A stretch of DNA of 64,000 bases from Vulcanimicrobiota bacterium (GCA_963786105.1 CAWAXX010000017.1:96001-160000), one strand, 5' to 3'; shown: positions 18,718 to 30,517, counted from the first letter of the stretch. Translations and numbers: made by a program. The notes: a model not told the origin generated them from the letters alone.

Positions 18718-20826
18718 TCAGTGCACCAGGAAGCCGACGAGCAACAGGGCGACGATGTTGAGCACCTTGATCATCGGATTGATCGCGGGGCCGGCCGTGT
18801 CTTTGTAGGGATCGCCCACGGTGTCGCCGGTGACGGCCGCTTGGTGCGCGATCGAACCCTTACCGCCGTAGTGACCGTCTTCGATGTACTTCTTCGCATT
18901 GTCCCAGGCGCCGCCCCCGGTCGTCATCGAGATGGCTACGAACAATCCGGTGACGATGGAGCCGACCAGGATGCCGCCCATCACCTGCGCTCCGGTCGTA
19001 CCGGGAAGAACGTTGAAGTACGAGAGCAGCACGACGATGATCGGAACGCCGACTGGAATGAGCGCGGGAAGGATCATCTCCTTGAGCGCGCGTTGTGTCA
19101 CGATATCAACGGTAGTGGCATAATTCGGCTTGGACGTTCCGGCCATGATGCCCGGATTTTCACGGAACTGGCGGCGCACTTCTTCGACGACGGCGCCACC
19201 CGCGCTGCCGACCGCCTTCATCGAAAGCGATGCGAACAGATACGGCAGCAGGCCGCCGATGAACAACCCGCACAGAACGTACGGATCGCCGATCGCGAAC
19301 AAATTCCTCACCGACTCGACGCATCCGCCGACGTCGCCGCCCGGACACTTGTACTTGATCAGCTCCTTTGAGAACGCGGCGAAGAGCACGACTGCCGCCA
19401 ACGCGGCCGAACCGATGGCGTAGCCCTTAGTGACGGCCTTGGTCGTGTTCCCGACGGCGTCGAGCGGATCGGTGACGTTGCGCACGTCCTCGGGCATGTC
19501 CGCCATTTCGGCTATGCCGCCCGCATTATCGGTGATTGGTCCGAACGAGTCGATCGCGACGACGATGCCCGCGAGCGACAGCATCGACATCACCGCGATG
19601 CCGACGCCGTAGATGCCGGCAAAGCCAAAGCTCACCAATATTCCGATCACGATCACAATAGCCGGGCCGGCCGTGCCTTCCATCGAGACGGCGAGACCGG
19701 CAATGATGTTAGTGGCGTGACCGGTGACCGACGCTTTCGCGATGTCGCGAACGGGCCTAAACTGCGAGCCGGTATAGTATTCGGTGATCAACGTGATGGC
19801 GGCCGTGATGACGACGCCGACCAAGGCGCAGACGAAAACTGCCACCGGCGTGATGCCGGTGGCGTTGGCGAACGTCTGATTCGCAGCGAACCAGAAGCCG
19901 ATGAGTGCGAGAACGCTGGCGATCGCCATGCCGAGGTACAGCGCGCCCATGATCCGGCCCTTGTCGACTTTGCCGATGCCGACGAAGAGCGTTCCAATGA
20001 TGGAGGCGACGATCGACAACGCGCCCAGCACGAGCGGGAAGGTCGTCGCACTCGGAACGCTGCTGCCGAAGATCAAGTTCCCGAGCAGCATCGCGGCAAC
20101 GGTCGTAACGCAGTACGTCTCGAAAAGATCGGCCGCCATACCGGCGCAGTCGCCGACGTTGTCGCCGACGTTGTCGGCGATGACGGCCGGATTGCGCGGA
20201 TCGTCTTCGGGAATGCCGGCTTCGACCTTACCAACCAAATCCGCGCCGACATCGGCGGCCTTCGTATATATCCCGCCACCCAGACGCGCGAAGACCGAGA
20301 TCAGCGAGCACCCGAACGCGAGCCCGACCATCGCGTTGAGCGACGTCGTGGCGTCTCCGTCGTTGACTTTCAGCAAGATCCCGTAATAACCCGAAACGGC
20401 CAACAACCCCAAACCCACGACCAGCATCCCGGTCACGGTGCCGCCGCGGAACGCGACGTTCAACGCCGGTTTCAGGCCGCCGCGGGCGGCTTCGGCGGTG
20501 CGAACGTTGGCCCGCACCGACACGATCATCCCAATGAATCCGGCCGCTCCCGAAAGAACTGCCCCGATCAAAAATCCGATCGCGGCTTCCTTGCCTAACG
20601 TCGGCGCAAACAGAATCACGATCGCAAGTACCACCGCGACGATGCCGATGGTGAAATACTGACGCTGCAGGAAGGCCATCGCGCCTTCCTGGATGGCGGC
20701 GGCGATCTCTTTCATCCGGTCGTTCCCGGCGGGCTGCGCCAGCACCCAAAACGTCAGGGCAATTCCGTAAACTACGGCGAGGGCGCCACCGATTAAACCG
20801 GCTCCGATCGCGGTCTGTGCGGTCAT
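18718..20826 (-). CDS. hppA: Membrane proton-translocating pyrophosphatase, K+-independent type
   Basis: [36 protein letters not shown]; Lys in GNTTKA marks the K+-independent clade. Confidence 0.96.
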   Translation of the reverse strand: MTAQTAIGAGLIGGALAVVYGIALTFWVLAQPAGNDRMKEIAAAIQEGAMAFLQRQYFTIGIVAVVLAIVILFAPTLGKEAAIGFLIGAVLSGAAGFIGMIVSVRANVRTAEAARGGLKPALNVAFRGGTVTGMLVVGLGLLAVSGYYGILLKVNDGDATTSLNAMVGLAFGCSLISVFARLGGGIYTKAADVGADLVGKVEAGIPEDDPRNPAVIADNVGDNVGDCAGMAADLFETYCVTTVAAMLLGNLIFGSSVPSATTFPLVLGALSIVASIIGTLFVGIGKVDKGRIMGALYLGMAIASVLALIGFWFAANQTFANATGITPVAVFVCALVGVVITAAITLITEYYTGSQFRPVRDIAKASVTGHATNIIAGLAVSMEGTAGPAIVIVIGILVSFGFAGIYGVGIAVMSMLSLAGIVVAIDSFGPITDNAGGIAEMADMPEDVRNVTDPLDAVGNTTKAVTKGYAIGSAALAAVVLFAAFSKELIKYKCPGGDVGGCVESVRNLFAIGDPYVLCGLFIGGLLPYLFASLSMKAVGSAGGAVVEEVRRQFRENPGIMAGTSKPNYATTVDIVTQRALKEMILPALIPVGVPIIVVLLSYFNVLPGTTGAQVMGGILVGSIVTGLFVAISMTTGGGAWDNAKKYIEDGHYGGKGSIAHQAAVTGDTVGDPYKDTAGPAINPMIKVLNIVALLLVGFLVH

Positions 20827-20951
20827 TCCAATCCTTATTCAGCAGGGCAGTAGAAAGGAGGCCCGCTAGCGGGCCCGCCGTTTTGCCTACTGCGGGGTCC
20901 CGATGGAGTCCTCTAAGGGAACCCGAGCAAGGGCTTGATGCGTCGCCGGAG

Positions 20952-21890
20952 TCAGGGGCTAACCGCTGCCGCGATGGGCGCGGTGAGGCCCGAAATCGTT
21001 TTTACGGACGAGCCGCCGCCGGGGTACTTGTAGAAGCGCACCTTGCCGCCGATGTAGTCGGGCGCGATGACTAGCGAGCCCTGTATCCAAAACTGATCGA
21101 CGTACAGCGAACCCTTGAGCGGCGTGGAACCGACCTTCGTTCCCTTTCCGCCGCTCATCTTGAAACGGTAGATCACGGCGGCATTGACGTCGCCGACCGC
21201 CAGGTTCGTACCGTCCCACTGAACGCCACCGGCGGTGGCGATGGCCTGATTCAACGTGATGGATTGGATTTTGCTTCCGCCCTTGGGAAGTTCGCCGAAC
21301 ACGACCGCGTGTTTCCCGGTATAGCCATCGAAAAAGAGATTGCCCGCACCATCGTATCCGCAATAGGACATGTGCGGAATGCTCGCATCATAAAAGACTT
21401 TCGGCTTGCCTGCGGCGTGCGCGTAGATCGCGAGCGCGCCGTGACCGTTCGAGCCCGTATAGCTGGTGACGGCGAGGTTACCGGTCGCCGGATCGACGGC
21501 ACAGCCCAGGGGGTCGTAGCCGGGATCGGTTATCGTGCGGACGGGCTTCGTGCCGCCATGTGCGTACACGAGAATCGTCGACTTATTCGAGTTCGCGATA
21601 AAAACGTTGCCCGATTTGCTGACGCATTCGCCCGCCGGTTGTGCGATCGCGAGCGTGCCGGCAGGGTTTCCTTGCGGATAGGAATACACCGCGACCTCTC
21701 GGTTGGGTTGGTCGGAAACGTAGAGGAGCGCGGTGGTGCTCGGCCCCATCGAGAACGGTATCGGTGCGTTCGGTTGCGTCCACGATGCCGGCTCCAGGCT
21801 GGATCCGCGGTAACCGCTGCAGGCCGTTAACAAGCCAAGCGTCGCGCAAACTCCGAAAGCGCAGCGACCAAGAGTCCCCAACGTCGTCAT
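20952..21890 (-). CDS. Beta-propeller lipoprotein (SMP-30/NHL-like)
   Basis: Lipobox LTAC; LLYVSD, GCAVDP.TGNLAV, GGVQWDG repeats. Confidence 0.75.
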   Translation of the reverse strand: MTTLGTLGRCAFGVCATLGLLTACSGYRGSSLEPASWTQPNAPIPFSMGPSTTALLYVSDQPNREVAVYSYPQGNPAGTLAIAQPAGECVSKSGNVFIANSNKSTILVYAHGGTKPVRTITDPGYDPLGCAVDPATGNLAVTSYTGSNGHGALAIYAHAAGKPKVFYDASIPHMSYCGYDGAGNLFFDGYTGKHAVVFGELPKGGSKIQSITLNQAIATAGGVQWDGTNLAVGDVNAAVIYRFKMSGGKGTKVGSTPLKGSLYVDQFWIQGSLVIAPDYIGGKVRFYKYPGGGSSVKTISGLTAPIAAAVSP

Positions 21891-21974
21891 GCCGGTTGGC
21901 TTTTTTCTCGAGCCTGCGATTGCCTCTGTTTACACGGGAGCAATTCGTTCGCGCAGCCGAGAAAATAGCGAACC

Positions 21975-23198
21975 GTGGAAGCCGTGGACTTGCTCGTGGT
22001 CGGATGCGGGCCCGCCGGCGCGACCGCCGCCCGCGAAGCGGCGCGTGCCGGCTTGGAGACCGTGGTCCTCGAGAAGGACGCCGTCGTCGGCGCGAAGCGC
22101 GTCTGCGCCGCCGGGTTGCGTCCGGGCTTCTGCGATACCTTCGACTTGCCCACCGATATCCTGCACTGCGTCACGCCGCGCATCGCCCTTTTCGATATCG
22201 AAGGCGTCGAGCACGAGTTTCTCTTCGGGCCCGGACACACGAGCACGCGCGAAGAGCTCGACGGAACCATGGGACGGCTCGCCCGCGACGAAGGCGCGCA
22301 GATTCGAACGCAGGCTCTGTTTCGCAGTATTGAAAGCGACGGTGCCGGCAAACGCGCGATCGTCGAGTACGCCGATCTGATCGCCGGCGAACGGCGACGG
22401 GTGGCGGCACGGAACGTCTTTCTCGCTCCCGGCGCGACGGTGAACGTCGAGAACGTTCGGGCGGGCGGCGACTGCGCGCCGAACCGCTTAGCGTTTCCGC
22501 GATGGCGCGACGGCTTGATTACGACGCTGCAGTACCGGGTGTATCTCGACGGAAAAGCGGTTGAGATTGCCTATCGCACGCTTGAGTTGCACTACTATCT
22601 CACGCAAAGCGGCCGGCAAATCGTGTCGTGGATGTTTCCCAAGCGCGACCACCTGGCCATCGGTTTGGGTGTGATGGGAAAAATTGACGGCGCGAGCCTG
22701 CGCGTCGAACTCGACGCCTTTACGGAACGCGTTTGCCGGCGGCTTTGCCCCGACGCCGGCATCCGTCACCTGAAGGAAGAAGGGCATCTACTCTACGGTG
22801 GGGTCCCGCGACCGGTCTTTGCCGATGGAAGCGTCTTGCTGGGCGGAACCGCCGCTGGACTGGTCGACGCCACCAACGGCGAGGGCATCTACGAAGCCGC
22901 CATGAGTGGCCGCTTGGCGGCCGAAGCGGTCGCGGCAGAACGCGATAATCCGGTCCGCGCCGCGACACGGTACGCGACCAGCGTAGCGAGCCGTTTTGCG
23001 CGGCGGCTCGCGCACCGCGTGAAGCTCATGCGATTCCTCGAGCGCCGCCCGGCGCGCTTCACCGTGCTCTTCGAACTGCTGGCGCGCAGCCCGCGCTTTG
23101 CCGACGTTCTGCAGAAAGAAGATCTCGAACGAACGCTGGGCGACCGGCTCTACCTCTACTGGCAAGTAGCGCGTTTCGCCGCCCGTTCGGCCTTGTGA
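21975..23198 (+). CDS. Geranylgeranyl reductase-family FAD oxidoreductase
   Basis: VVGCGPAG, WMFPK, GTAAGLVDATNGEGIYEA. Confidence 0.85.
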   Translation: MEAVDLLVVGCGPAGATAAREAARAGLETVVLEKDAVVGAKRVCAAGLRPGFCDTFDLPTDILHCVTPRIALFDIEGVEHEFLFGPGHTSTREELDGTMGRLARDEGAQIRTQALFRSIESDGAGKRAIVEYADLIAGERRRVAARNVFLAPGATVNVENVRAGGDCAPNRLAFPRWRDGLITTLQYRVYLDGKAVEIAYRTLELHYYLTQSGRQIVSWMFPKRDHLAIGLGVMGKIDGASLRVELDAFTERVCRRLCPDAGIRHLKEEGHLLYGGVPRPVFADGSVLLGGTAAGLVDATNGEGIYEAAMSGRLAAEAVAAERDNPVRAATRYATSVASRFARRLAHRVKLMRFLERRPARFTVLFELLARSPRFADVLQKEDLERTLGDRLYLYWQVARFAARSAL

Positions 23199-23241
23199 TA
23201 GCGAACAGGAGTTCGATAATCGACCTGGAAGACGTTCGCCC

Positions 23242-24204
23242 GTGAACTGGTTTGGGCGGCTGCGCGCCTCGCTCGGAAAGGCCCGGGAAGCGTTCTCCGC
23301 GGTCCAAAAGCTGGGCCGCGCCGGAACGCCCCTGACCCCCGAGTTTTGGGACGAGCTCGAGGACACGCTGATTCTGGCCGATTTCGGCGTCCCGACCACG
23401 CAGAAGATCGTCACCGCGCTCCAGACGGTGGCCAAACAGGAAGCCTGGAAAACCTCCGATCAAGTGGTGGCGCGCTTTCGCAAGGACGTCGAACGCTTCC
23501 TGACCCTTCCGGGCTCGCAGCTTCGTCTCGATCGCCGTCCGGCGGTGATGCTGATCGTCGGCGTGAACGGCAGCGGAAAAACGACGACCATCGGAAAGCT
23601 CGCGACCCAGTTGCGCGCGCAGCGGAAACGCGTGTTGCTGGTCGCAGCCGACACCTTTCGCGCTGCGGCCGCCGAGCAGTTAGGAATTTGGGCGGCGCGC
23701 AGCGGCAGCGAACTAATCCGCGGCGCGGAGGGCGCCGACCCGGCTTCGGTGGTCTTCGACGGACTTCGTGCCGGCAAGGCGCGCGACGTCGACGTTATCC
23801 TCATCGACACCGCCGGACGGCTGCAAACCAAGACCAACTTAATGGAAGAGCTCAAGAAAATTCGGCGTGTCGTCGAACGCGAGTTGGGCGAACCGCCGGC
23901 TGAAACGCTTCTCGTGGTGGACGGCACGACCGGTCAGAATGCGATCTCGCAGGCCAAACTCTTCAACGCGACCGCCGAACTCACGGGAATCGTCATTACC
24001 AAACTCGACTCGACGGCTAAGGGCGGGGTGATGGTTGCGATCGTCGACGAGTTGGAGATCCCGGTCAAGTTCGTCGGTCTGGGCGAGACGCCGGACGCTC
24101 TCCGGCCTTTCGTCGCCGGCGAGTTCGTCGATGCGCTGTTCGACGAGACTCCGGATGCCACCCAGTTGGCACCGGCCCGTGCGAGCGTGATAGGCACGAC
24201 GTAA
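23242..24204 (+). CDS. ftsY: SRP receptor FtsY
   Basis: [26 protein letters not shown]. Confidence 0.98.
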   Translation: MNWFGRLRASLGKAREAFSAVQKLGRAGTPLTPEFWDELEDTLILADFGVPTTQKIVTALQTVAKQEAWKTSDQVVARFRKDVERFLTLPGSQLRLDRRPAVMLIVGVNGSGKTTTIGKLATQLRAQRKRVLLVAADTFRAAAAEQLGIWAARSGSELIRGAEGADPASVVFDGLRAGKARDVDVILIDTAGRLQTKTNLMEELKKIRRVVERELGEPPAETLLVVDGTTGQNAISQAKLFNATAELTGIVITKLDSTAKGGVMVAIVDELEIPVKFVGLGETPDALRPFVAGEFVDALFDETPDATQLAPARASVIGTT

Positions 24205-24230
24205 TCACTCTATTTGAAAAGGGGAAGAGC

Positions 24231-25280
24231 ATGGCAGCACAAGACGAACGGCAACTCGCCCTGAACAGCGCGCTGGCCCAGATCGAGCGGCAGTTCGGCA
24301 AAGGCTCGATTATGCGCATGGGCGATTTTCAGGAGCGCATGGCGTTTGAAGTCATCCCCACCGGGTCGATCGCGCTCGATCTCGCACTCGGGATCGGAGG
24401 TTTGCCGCGCGGGCGCATCGTCGAAATCTACGGTCCGGAGTCGAGCGGCAAAACGACGCTGGCGCTCCACGCCATCGCGGAAGCGCAAAAAATGGGCGGC
24501 ACGGCGGCGTTCGTCGACGTCGAGCACGCACTCGATCCAAGCTACGCGGCCGCACTCGGCGTGGATCTCGAGAACCTTCTCGTTTCACAACCCGACACCG
24601 GCGAACAGGCGCTCGAAATCGCAGAGATGCTGACGCGCAGCAACGCCGTCGACGTCATCGTCGTCGACTCGGTCGCGGCCCTGGTGACTAAAGCGGAGCT
24701 CGAAGGCGATATGGGCGATGCCCACGTCGGCCTGCAAGCGCGCCTTATGTCCCAGGCGTTGCGCAAACTGACCGCCGCGATCTCACGCAGCAAGGCGGTG
24801 ATGATCTTCATTAACCAGCTGCGTGAGAAAGTCGGCGTGATGTTCGGCAATCCCGAGACGACGTCGGGTGGCCGGGCGTTAAAATTCTACGCGTCGGTGC
24901 GCCTCGACGTACGCAAGCTCGAGACGATCAAAGTCGGGCAAGACGTGGTAGGTACCCGCACGCGCGTAAAGGTTGTAAAAAACAAGGTTGCGCCGCCATT
25001 CCGTCAAGCCGAGTTCGACATCACGTATGGCCACGGCATCTCCAGGATGGGTTCGATTCTCGACGTTGCGCTCGAGCAAAACATCGTTGGAAAGAGCGGT
25101 TCGTGGTATACGTACGGCGATCAGCGCATCGGCCAAGGACGTGAAAACGCAAAAGCCTTCTTGGAAGAACACTCCGACATGGCCGGCGAGATCGAAACGA
25201 AAATTCGCGAAGCACTTGGAAAGACCACGTCGAAGAATGGGGCGGTAGTCGTAGGAGCCGCAACGCCCGGAGAGCAGTGA
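24231..25280 (+). CDS. recA: Recombinase RecA
   Basis: [27 protein letters not shown]. Confidence 0.99.
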   Translation: MAAQDERQLALNSALAQIERQFGKGSIMRMGDFQERMAFEVIPTGSIALDLALGIGGLPRGRIVEIYGPESSGKTTLALHAIAEAQKMGGTAAFVDVEHALDPSYAAALGVDLENLLVSQPDTGEQALEIAEMLTRSNAVDVIVVDSVAALVTKAELEGDMGDAHVGLQARLMSQALRKLTAAISRSKAVMIFINQLREKVGVMFGNPETTSGGRALKFYASVRLDVRKLETIKVGQDVVGTRTRVKVVKNKVAPPFRQAEFDITYGHGISRMGSILDVALEQNIVGKSGSWYTYGDQRIGQGRENAKAFLEEHSDMAGEIETKIREALGKTTSKNGAVVVGAATPGEQ

Positions 25281-25296
25281 TTCGTTCCAGTTCGAG

Positions 25297-25770
25297 GTGA
25301 CGAGGGTCGAAGTGGAAGCGTACGCGTGTGCGTTGAGAATGCTGGCGCGGCAGCGTCTTACCGAGGCGCAACTCTGGCAACGTCTCGATCGAAAGGGGTA
25401 CGGAGACGAGTCGATCCGTAACGCCGTCGAGCGTTCGAAGCGCGACGGCTTCGTCGACGACCGGCTCTACGCAAGGCTCTACGTCGAAGGAAAGCGTAAA
25501 GCCGTCGGTGATGCTCGTCTCGTCGGTGACTTGATTCGACGAGGCGTCGATCGCGAGGCGGCCGCACAGGCGGTGCGCGATCTCGAATGCGGCGAACACG
25601 AACGCTGCATCGCCGCATTTAGATCGGTTACCGCAAAGGCGCCGGCAATCGGCTACGCCTCGGCCGCACGCCGGCTAGAGCGACTCGGCTTCCCTGCGCC
25701 AACGATCTACCGCGTGCTCCGCGGTCATGCTGCGACGTTTGGCCCATTTGCCGGCATGCACGTCGAATAA
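25297..25770 (+). CDS. recX: Regulatory protein RecX
   Basis: Directly after recA; GFVDDRLYA, LERLGF. Confidence 0.85.
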   Translation: MTRVEVEAYACALRMLARQRLTEAQLWQRLDRKGYGDESIRNAVERSKRDGFVDDRLYARLYVEGKRKAVGDARLVGDLIRRGVDREAAAQAVRDLECGEHERCIAAFRSVTAKAPAIGYASAARRLERLGFPAPTIYRVLRGHAATFGPFAGMHVE

Positions 25771-25819
25771 TCGCCTGCAGCGCTGAAGGCTCGACCTGGC
25801 AAAGTTCGAACAAGGCGGC

Positions 25820-26278
25820 ATGATTGGAGTTCTGCGAAGATTTATCGTTGGTGCCGCCGTCGTCGCAATCGCCGGCTGCAGCGCGAACCAGCCGCCCAAG
25901 TGGACGTTGTGGTACATCCCCAACGAGCCGAAGGGCGGCGTCACGCTGGCGAAGCTGTGCCACACGTTTATTTTTGCGAGCGCCCCGGAACCCAAGACGT
26001 TTCGCGTGGCCGTGGTGAAGCAACTTTCCGGGGGCAGAATCGGAGAACAGCAAGCCTACCTTCAGGCCGGCGATGCGTTTAGCGGTCCCCTCGAACTGGG
26101 CCCGGCTAGCATTCACGACGAAAGCACCGGTTACGACTTGAACGTCGACGTGGTCTACAAGATCGATGCCTACGTCGCCGCCAAGGCACGGGCCGACGCC
26201 GATTGTCCGCCAATCAAACACGTACCGCTCGTTCGAGCATCGCCAAGTCCGTCGTCACCGGCTCCTTCGCGCACATAG
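25820..26278 (+). CDS. Hypothetical lipoprotein
   Basis: Lipobox IAGC. Confidence 0.65.
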   Translation: MIGVLRRFIVGAAVVAIAGCSANQPPKWTLWYIPNEPKGGVTLAKLCHTFIFASAPEPKTFRVAVVKQLSGGRIGEQQAYLQAGDAFSGPLELGPASIHDESTGYDLNVDVVYKIDAYVAAKARADADCPPIKHVPLVRASPSPSSPAPSRT

Positions 26279-26299
26279 GGTCGGGTTCTCCGAGCGCCG

Positions 26300-26743
26300 A
26301 TGGACGGTTTGGCCTTCATTCACGGGCTCGTTTGGACGTCGCCGATGCCGATGGCCCGGCTGTTTGGTTTCGAGTTAGTCGAGGCCGCACGGGGGGCCGT
26401 TCTGGCAAGGGCGCTGCCAACCGCGAAACACGCGAACCCGCTCGGCGTAACGCAAGGCGGCTTCGCGGGAACGGTCCTCGACATGACGCTGGGCCTGGTG
26501 TCAATTTCAATGCTCGATGGGGACGCCGACGGCGTCGCGACGGTCGATTTGAGCATCCGATACTTTCGATCTATCGGCGAATCGACCGGAATCATGGAAA
26601 TCCGCGGCGAGATTCTGCATAGCGGGCGCACGACAGTCGTGGCGGAAGCGAAACTTTTCGACTCGGCCGGAAAGTTGCATGCATCGGCACAGTCGACGAG
26701 CATCGTTATTCGCGGACGGGCTGAAGCTCGCTTTGAACCCTAA
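26300..26743 (+). CDS. PaaI-family thioesterase
   Basis: NPLGVTQGG...LD, TVDLSIRYFR hot-dog fold motifs. Confidence 0.88.
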   Translation: MDGLAFIHGLVWTSPMPMARLFGFELVEAARGAVLARALPTAKHANPLGVTQGGFAGTVLDMTLGLVSISMLDGDADGVATVDLSIRYFRSIGESTGIMEIRGEILHSGRTTVVAEAKLFDSAGKLHASAQSTSIVIRGRAEARFEP

Positions 26744-26760
26744 GGGGCACTCATCGCGGT

Positions 26761-27450
26761 ATGCCCGTGCAAACCATCGTCGTCGCCGAAGACGACGCCG
26801 CAATCCGCGACCTTCTCACGCATCACCTCGAGCGTGAGGGATTCGCGGTCGTGGGGGTAGCCGACGGCCAAACGGCGTTGCGGCGGTCGCGAGGCGTCGC
26901 CGACCTCGTGGTTCTCGACGTTGGTTTGCCGGGCATCGACGGCTTCGACGTTGCGCGTACGCTGCGCCGCGAGCGGCACGCGGTACCGATCGTGATGGTA
27001 ACCGCTCGGGCAGACGAGATTGACCGGGTCGTTGGGTTCGAACTGGGAGCCGACGACTACGTGTGCAAGCCGTTCTCACCACGCGAACTGGTCGCGCGCG
27101 TTAAAGCGATTCTTCGAAGATGCGGTACTCCGGTCACGCGCGAACGTCCGACGTTAGCCTTCGGCCGGCTCGAAATCGACGAGCGGGCTCGAGAAGCACG
27201 CGTGGATGGCAGCGACGTTCGTCTCAAACCGCGGGAGTTCGCATTGCTCATGGAGTTGGCCAGCAATCCAGGGGTCGCGCTGTCGCGCGAGCGGCTTCTG
27301 CAGAAAGTTTGGGGATTCGATTTCAACGGTGACGAGCGTACGGTTGACGTTCACGTTCATCGCTTGCGCTTAAAGATCGAAGCGACGTGGCAATTGCCGC
27401 CGCTCGTTCGCACGGTGCACGGATTCGGTTACAAGTTCCAGCGCCCGTAG
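26761..27450 (+). CDS. OmpR/PhoB-family response regulator
   Basis: EDD, LDVGLP, GADDYVCKPF, RTVDVHV, TVHGFGY. Confidence 0.96.
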   Translation: MPVQTIVVAEDDAAIRDLLTHHLEREGFAVVGVADGQTALRRSRGVADLVVLDVGLPGIDGFDVARTLRRERHAVPIVMVTARADEIDRVVGFELGADDYVCKPFSPRELVARVKAILRRCGTPVTRERPTLAFGRLEIDERAREARVDGSDVRLKPREFALLMELASNPGVALSRERLLQKVWGFDFNGDERTVDVHVHRLRLKIEATWQLPPLVRTVHGFGYKFQRP

Positions 27451-27455
27451 TTCCG

Positions 27456-28592
27456 ATGCTCGCCTTCGATCGTTTTGCCGAAGCCATCGGTGACCGGCTC
27501 GATCGCGACGCCTACGTTCCGTTGCTCGCCTTTCGCGTCCCCGAATTCGAGCAGGTTGCCTGGAATATCGGACGCCGGGATGCGCGCGGCCTCGAACGGC
27601 GCACCGTCGTAGCGTTCGCCGCTGCGGCGCGGCACATTCTGCGGCACGACGATCTGTTGGCGCATGAAGACGGCAGCGACCGGTTTGCAGTGGCGCTGAT
27701 GTCGCCGTCTCGCGACGGCCATCCACCCGAGTCGAACGAGGTCCGCGGCGCGCTCGGGCGGATCGCCGAGGCACTAACTCGCTCAACCGGGCGCCGCTTG
27801 GAAACGGGTTGGTGGCCGGTAGAGCGGCGCGCCGAAGTCGAGGCGCTCGCGGCCACGATCGATGCGGCACTCGAGCGGGGCGCGCGCGAACGGCAGCATG
27901 GCGAAATGCTGGCGACGGTGGGCCACGAGCTGCGAACCCCGCTGACGTCGATTCGCGGCTATATCGAGACGTTGCTCGACGGCGATCTCGACGCCGCGAC
28001 GGCCCGCCGGTTTCTCGAGACCGCGCGGCGCGAAGCCTTACGCCTGGGACGCCTGGTCGACGGGATGCTGGAGTTCTCGTTGCTCGATCTTTCGGCGCGA
28101 GGACGTAACGCGCGTTGCGACGTCGTCGAGCAAGCGCGAGCCGCAATCGACGCCGCGGTTCCGCTCGCGCGCGTTCGGCGCGTCGCGATTCGGGCTCGGC
28201 TTCCGGCAACGGCACCGGCTCGTATCGACGGCGACGCCTGCATGCACGCGCTCGTTAACCTGGTCGAAAACGGTGTGAAGTATTGTGGGGATGACGGCAC
28301 CGTCGAGGTTTCGTGCGCGTGCGACAAGCGATTCATCATCGTAACCGTCGACGACGACGGTCCTGGCGTAGCACCGTTCGAACGCGACACGATCTTCGAT
28401 TTGGGGATCCGCGGCAATTCCGCAGGCCGGTCGGGAACCGGCATCGGCCTCGCCGTCGTGAAAGCGATCGCCGATCGAGCGGGAGGCGACGTGCGGGCGG
28501 CGCCATCGCCGCTCGGAGGCGCGCGCTTCGTCCTTCGCCTTCCAACCCTTCCCGAAGCCGGCACGGACGAGCCGGCCGCTGCGAGAAGATGA
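27456..28592 (+). CDS. Cytoplasmic sensor histidine kinase with degenerate GGDEF-like input domain
   Basis: HELRTPL, NLVENGVKY, DDGPG, GTGIGL; no TM segment. Confidence 0.9.
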   Translation: MLAFDRFAEAIGDRLDRDAYVPLLAFRVPEFEQVAWNIGRRDARGLERRTVVAFAAAARHILRHDDLLAHEDGSDRFAVALMSPSRDGHPPESNEVRGALGRIAEALTRSTGRRLETGWWPVERRAEVEALAATIDAALERGARERQHGEMLATVGHELRTPLTSIRGYIETLLDGDLDAATARRFLETARREALRLGRLVDGMLEFSLLDLSARGRNARCDVVEQARAAIDAAVPLARVRRVAIRARLPATAPARIDGDACMHALVNLVENGVKYCGDDGTVEVSCACDKRFIIVTVDDDGPGVAPFERDTIFDLGIRGNSAGRSGTGIGLAVVKAIADRAGGDVRAAPSPLGGARFVLRLPTLPEAGTDEPAAARR

Positions 28593-29509
28593 CGACGGCG
28601 CTCGGCGAAGGCTCGATCATGATACGGATACCGGGCGGCACGTTTAGCATGGGATCCGATCGGTTCTATCCTGAAGAAGCGCCTGTCCGTAACGTCGACG
28701 TCGAGAGTTTCTCGATCGACGCGCACACGGTTACGAACGAAGAGTTTTCGAAGTTCGTGCGCAAGACCGGATACGTGACCGTCGCCGAGCGCGCGCTCGA
28801 TCCAGCCGATTTTCCCGGCGCCCCAATCGAGAATCTCGTTCCCGGCGCACTGGTCTTTCACATGACGGCAGGACCGGTGGATTTGCGCGACTACTCACAA
28901 TGGTGGTCGTGGGTTCCGGGCGCATCGTGGAAACATCCTGAAGGACCAGGCAGCTCGGTGAAGGCGCGACCCGATCATCCGGTCGTGCACGTCGCGTTCG
29001 AAGACGCCGAAGCGTACGCGCGGTGGGCAGGCAAGCGTCTTCCGACCGAAGCCGAGTGGGAGTTTGCGGCGCGCGGCGGTCTCGACGCGAGAGACTTCGT
29101 CTGGGGCGATGAGATGGAACCCGGTGGAAAACCCTTTGCGAACACGTGGCAGGGTGAGTTCCCGTGGCAGAATCTTGGCACCGACGGTTACGAGAGAACG
29201 GCGCCGGTTGGACGCTTTCCGCCTAACGGATACGGGCTCTACGATATGGCCGGCAACGTCTGGGAGTGGACGACCGACTGGTATACCCGCGACCGAAGTA
29301 TCGTGCAGTCACCGTGCTGCGCGGGCGACGCGCGCGAAGGCAGCTACGACCCTTGTCAGCCCGGAACCCGCATTCCGCGCAAGGTCCTCAAGGGTGGATC
29401 GTTCTTATGTGCGCCGAGCTACTGCTTGCGTTTTCGCCCGGCGGCGCGTTCGCCGCAGGCGATCGATACCGGCATGTCGCACCTCGGCTTTCGCTGCGTC
29501 GGCGACTAG
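28589..29509 (+). CDS. Formylglycine-generating enzyme (sulfatase-modifying factor)
   Basis: RLPTEAEWE, DMAGNVWEW, KGGSFLCAPSYC.RFRPAAR. Confidence 0.93.
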   Translation: MTTALGEGSIMIRIPGGTFSMGSDRFYPEEAPVRNVDVESFSIDAHTVTNEEFSKFVRKTGYVTVAERALDPADFPGAPIENLVPGALVFHMTAGPVDLRDYSQWWSWVPGASWKHPEGPGSSVKARPDHPVVHVAFEDAEAYARWAGKRLPTEAEWEFAARGGLDARDFVWGDEMEPGGKPFANTWQGEFPWQNLGTDGYERTAPVGRFPPNGYGLYDMAGNVWEWTTDWYTRDRSIVQSPCCAGDAREGSYDPCQPGTRIPRKVLKGGSFLCAPSYCLRFRPAARSPQAIDTGMSHLGFRCVGD

Positions 29510-29605
29510 TGCCGCACGGTAGCGAAAATTTCGGGCCTGCGTTTTTCGGATAGGCCACTCGAGGTCGCGCCTTTACAATCCAGCGTGGAGGATCCTTATC
29601 TTAAA

Positions 29606-30517
29606 ATGAAGCGCCGATTTTCGCTCCTGTCGATCGTTGTTTTTGGCCTGGCCGCTGCTACGGCTACTGCTCGCGCTCAAGAGCCGCCGGCGCCGGAAAC
29701 GACGCCGGCACCCGTCGCCGCGCCGGCGCCCGAGCATCCAACGCTCATGGATCAGGCCTACGATGGAAAGCTGCACGTCACGCTCGCGCCGTACGCCTGG
29801 CTTCCAACCGTTAAGACGAACCTGCAGTATACGATCCCAACGCTCCCGCATCGCCCGGGCGGCATCGTTCAGAGCAACGTGCAAGTCGGGCCGAGCGATT
29901 ACGCTTCGAAGATCAACTCCGCGGCCATGTTTGCGTTCGATGCGCGTATGGGCGCCGCGACCTTCTTCGGCGACTACATCTACAGCAACGTTTCCACGAA
30001 CGCGACCGTCGTTTCGTCGATTACCGGTCCGTTAGGCCACGTCTCCATCCCGGTTACGTTTACGACCAACGCGCGTCTGGCGGATTCCATTTGGGAACTT
30101 GCCGCCGGCTTCTCGATCGCGCACGGTCACGACGCCGACCTCAACGCGTTCGTGGGCTGGCGCCAGTTTCCAACGAATCTGACGTTAGCGTACAATGCCA
30201 CCATCGGGAAAAGGGGAATCATTAACCCATCGGGGACCGTCGTCAGCCATCAGCTTGCTAACGACGTGATCTTCGGGTTGCGAGGTAAGGCCTTTTTCGG
30301 CGACGGCCGCTGGTTCGTACCGTACTACATCGATGCGGGCGACGGCGCGAACAATCAGACGTGGGAAGGCTACACCGGAGCGGGCTACGCGTTCAACCAC
30401 GGCCAAACGATCCTCTTAGCGTACCGCAGCCTCAACTACTACGGTTTCCCGGCTGGTTCGTTGGTACAAAAGCTGACTATGGGCGGACCGCTTCTCGGAT
30501 ATACGTTCCAGCTATGA
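29606..30517 (+). CDS. Putative outer-membrane beta-barrel protein
   Basis: Signal peptide, APYAWLP, C-terminal GPLLGYTFQL. Confidence 0.7.
   Translation: MKRRFSLLSIVVFGLAAATATARAQEPPAPETTPAPVAAPAPEHPTLMDQAYDGKLHVTLAPYAWLPTVKTNLQYTIPTLPHRPGGIVQSNVQVGPSDYASKINSAAMFAFDARMGAATFFGDYIYSNVSTNATVVSSITGPLGHVSIPVTFTTNARLADSIWELAAGFSIAHGHDADLNAFVGWRQFPTNLTLAYNATIGKRGIINPSGTVVSHQLANDVIFGLRGKAFFGDGRWFVPYYIDAGDGANNQTWEGYTGAGYAFNHGQTILLAYRSLNYYGFPAGSLVQKLTMGGPLLGYTFQL

Noticed and set aside
28589..30517. Complete sulfatase system
   Set aside because: FGE and a barrel protein are present but no sulfatase gene with a CxPxR motif was recognised in the window
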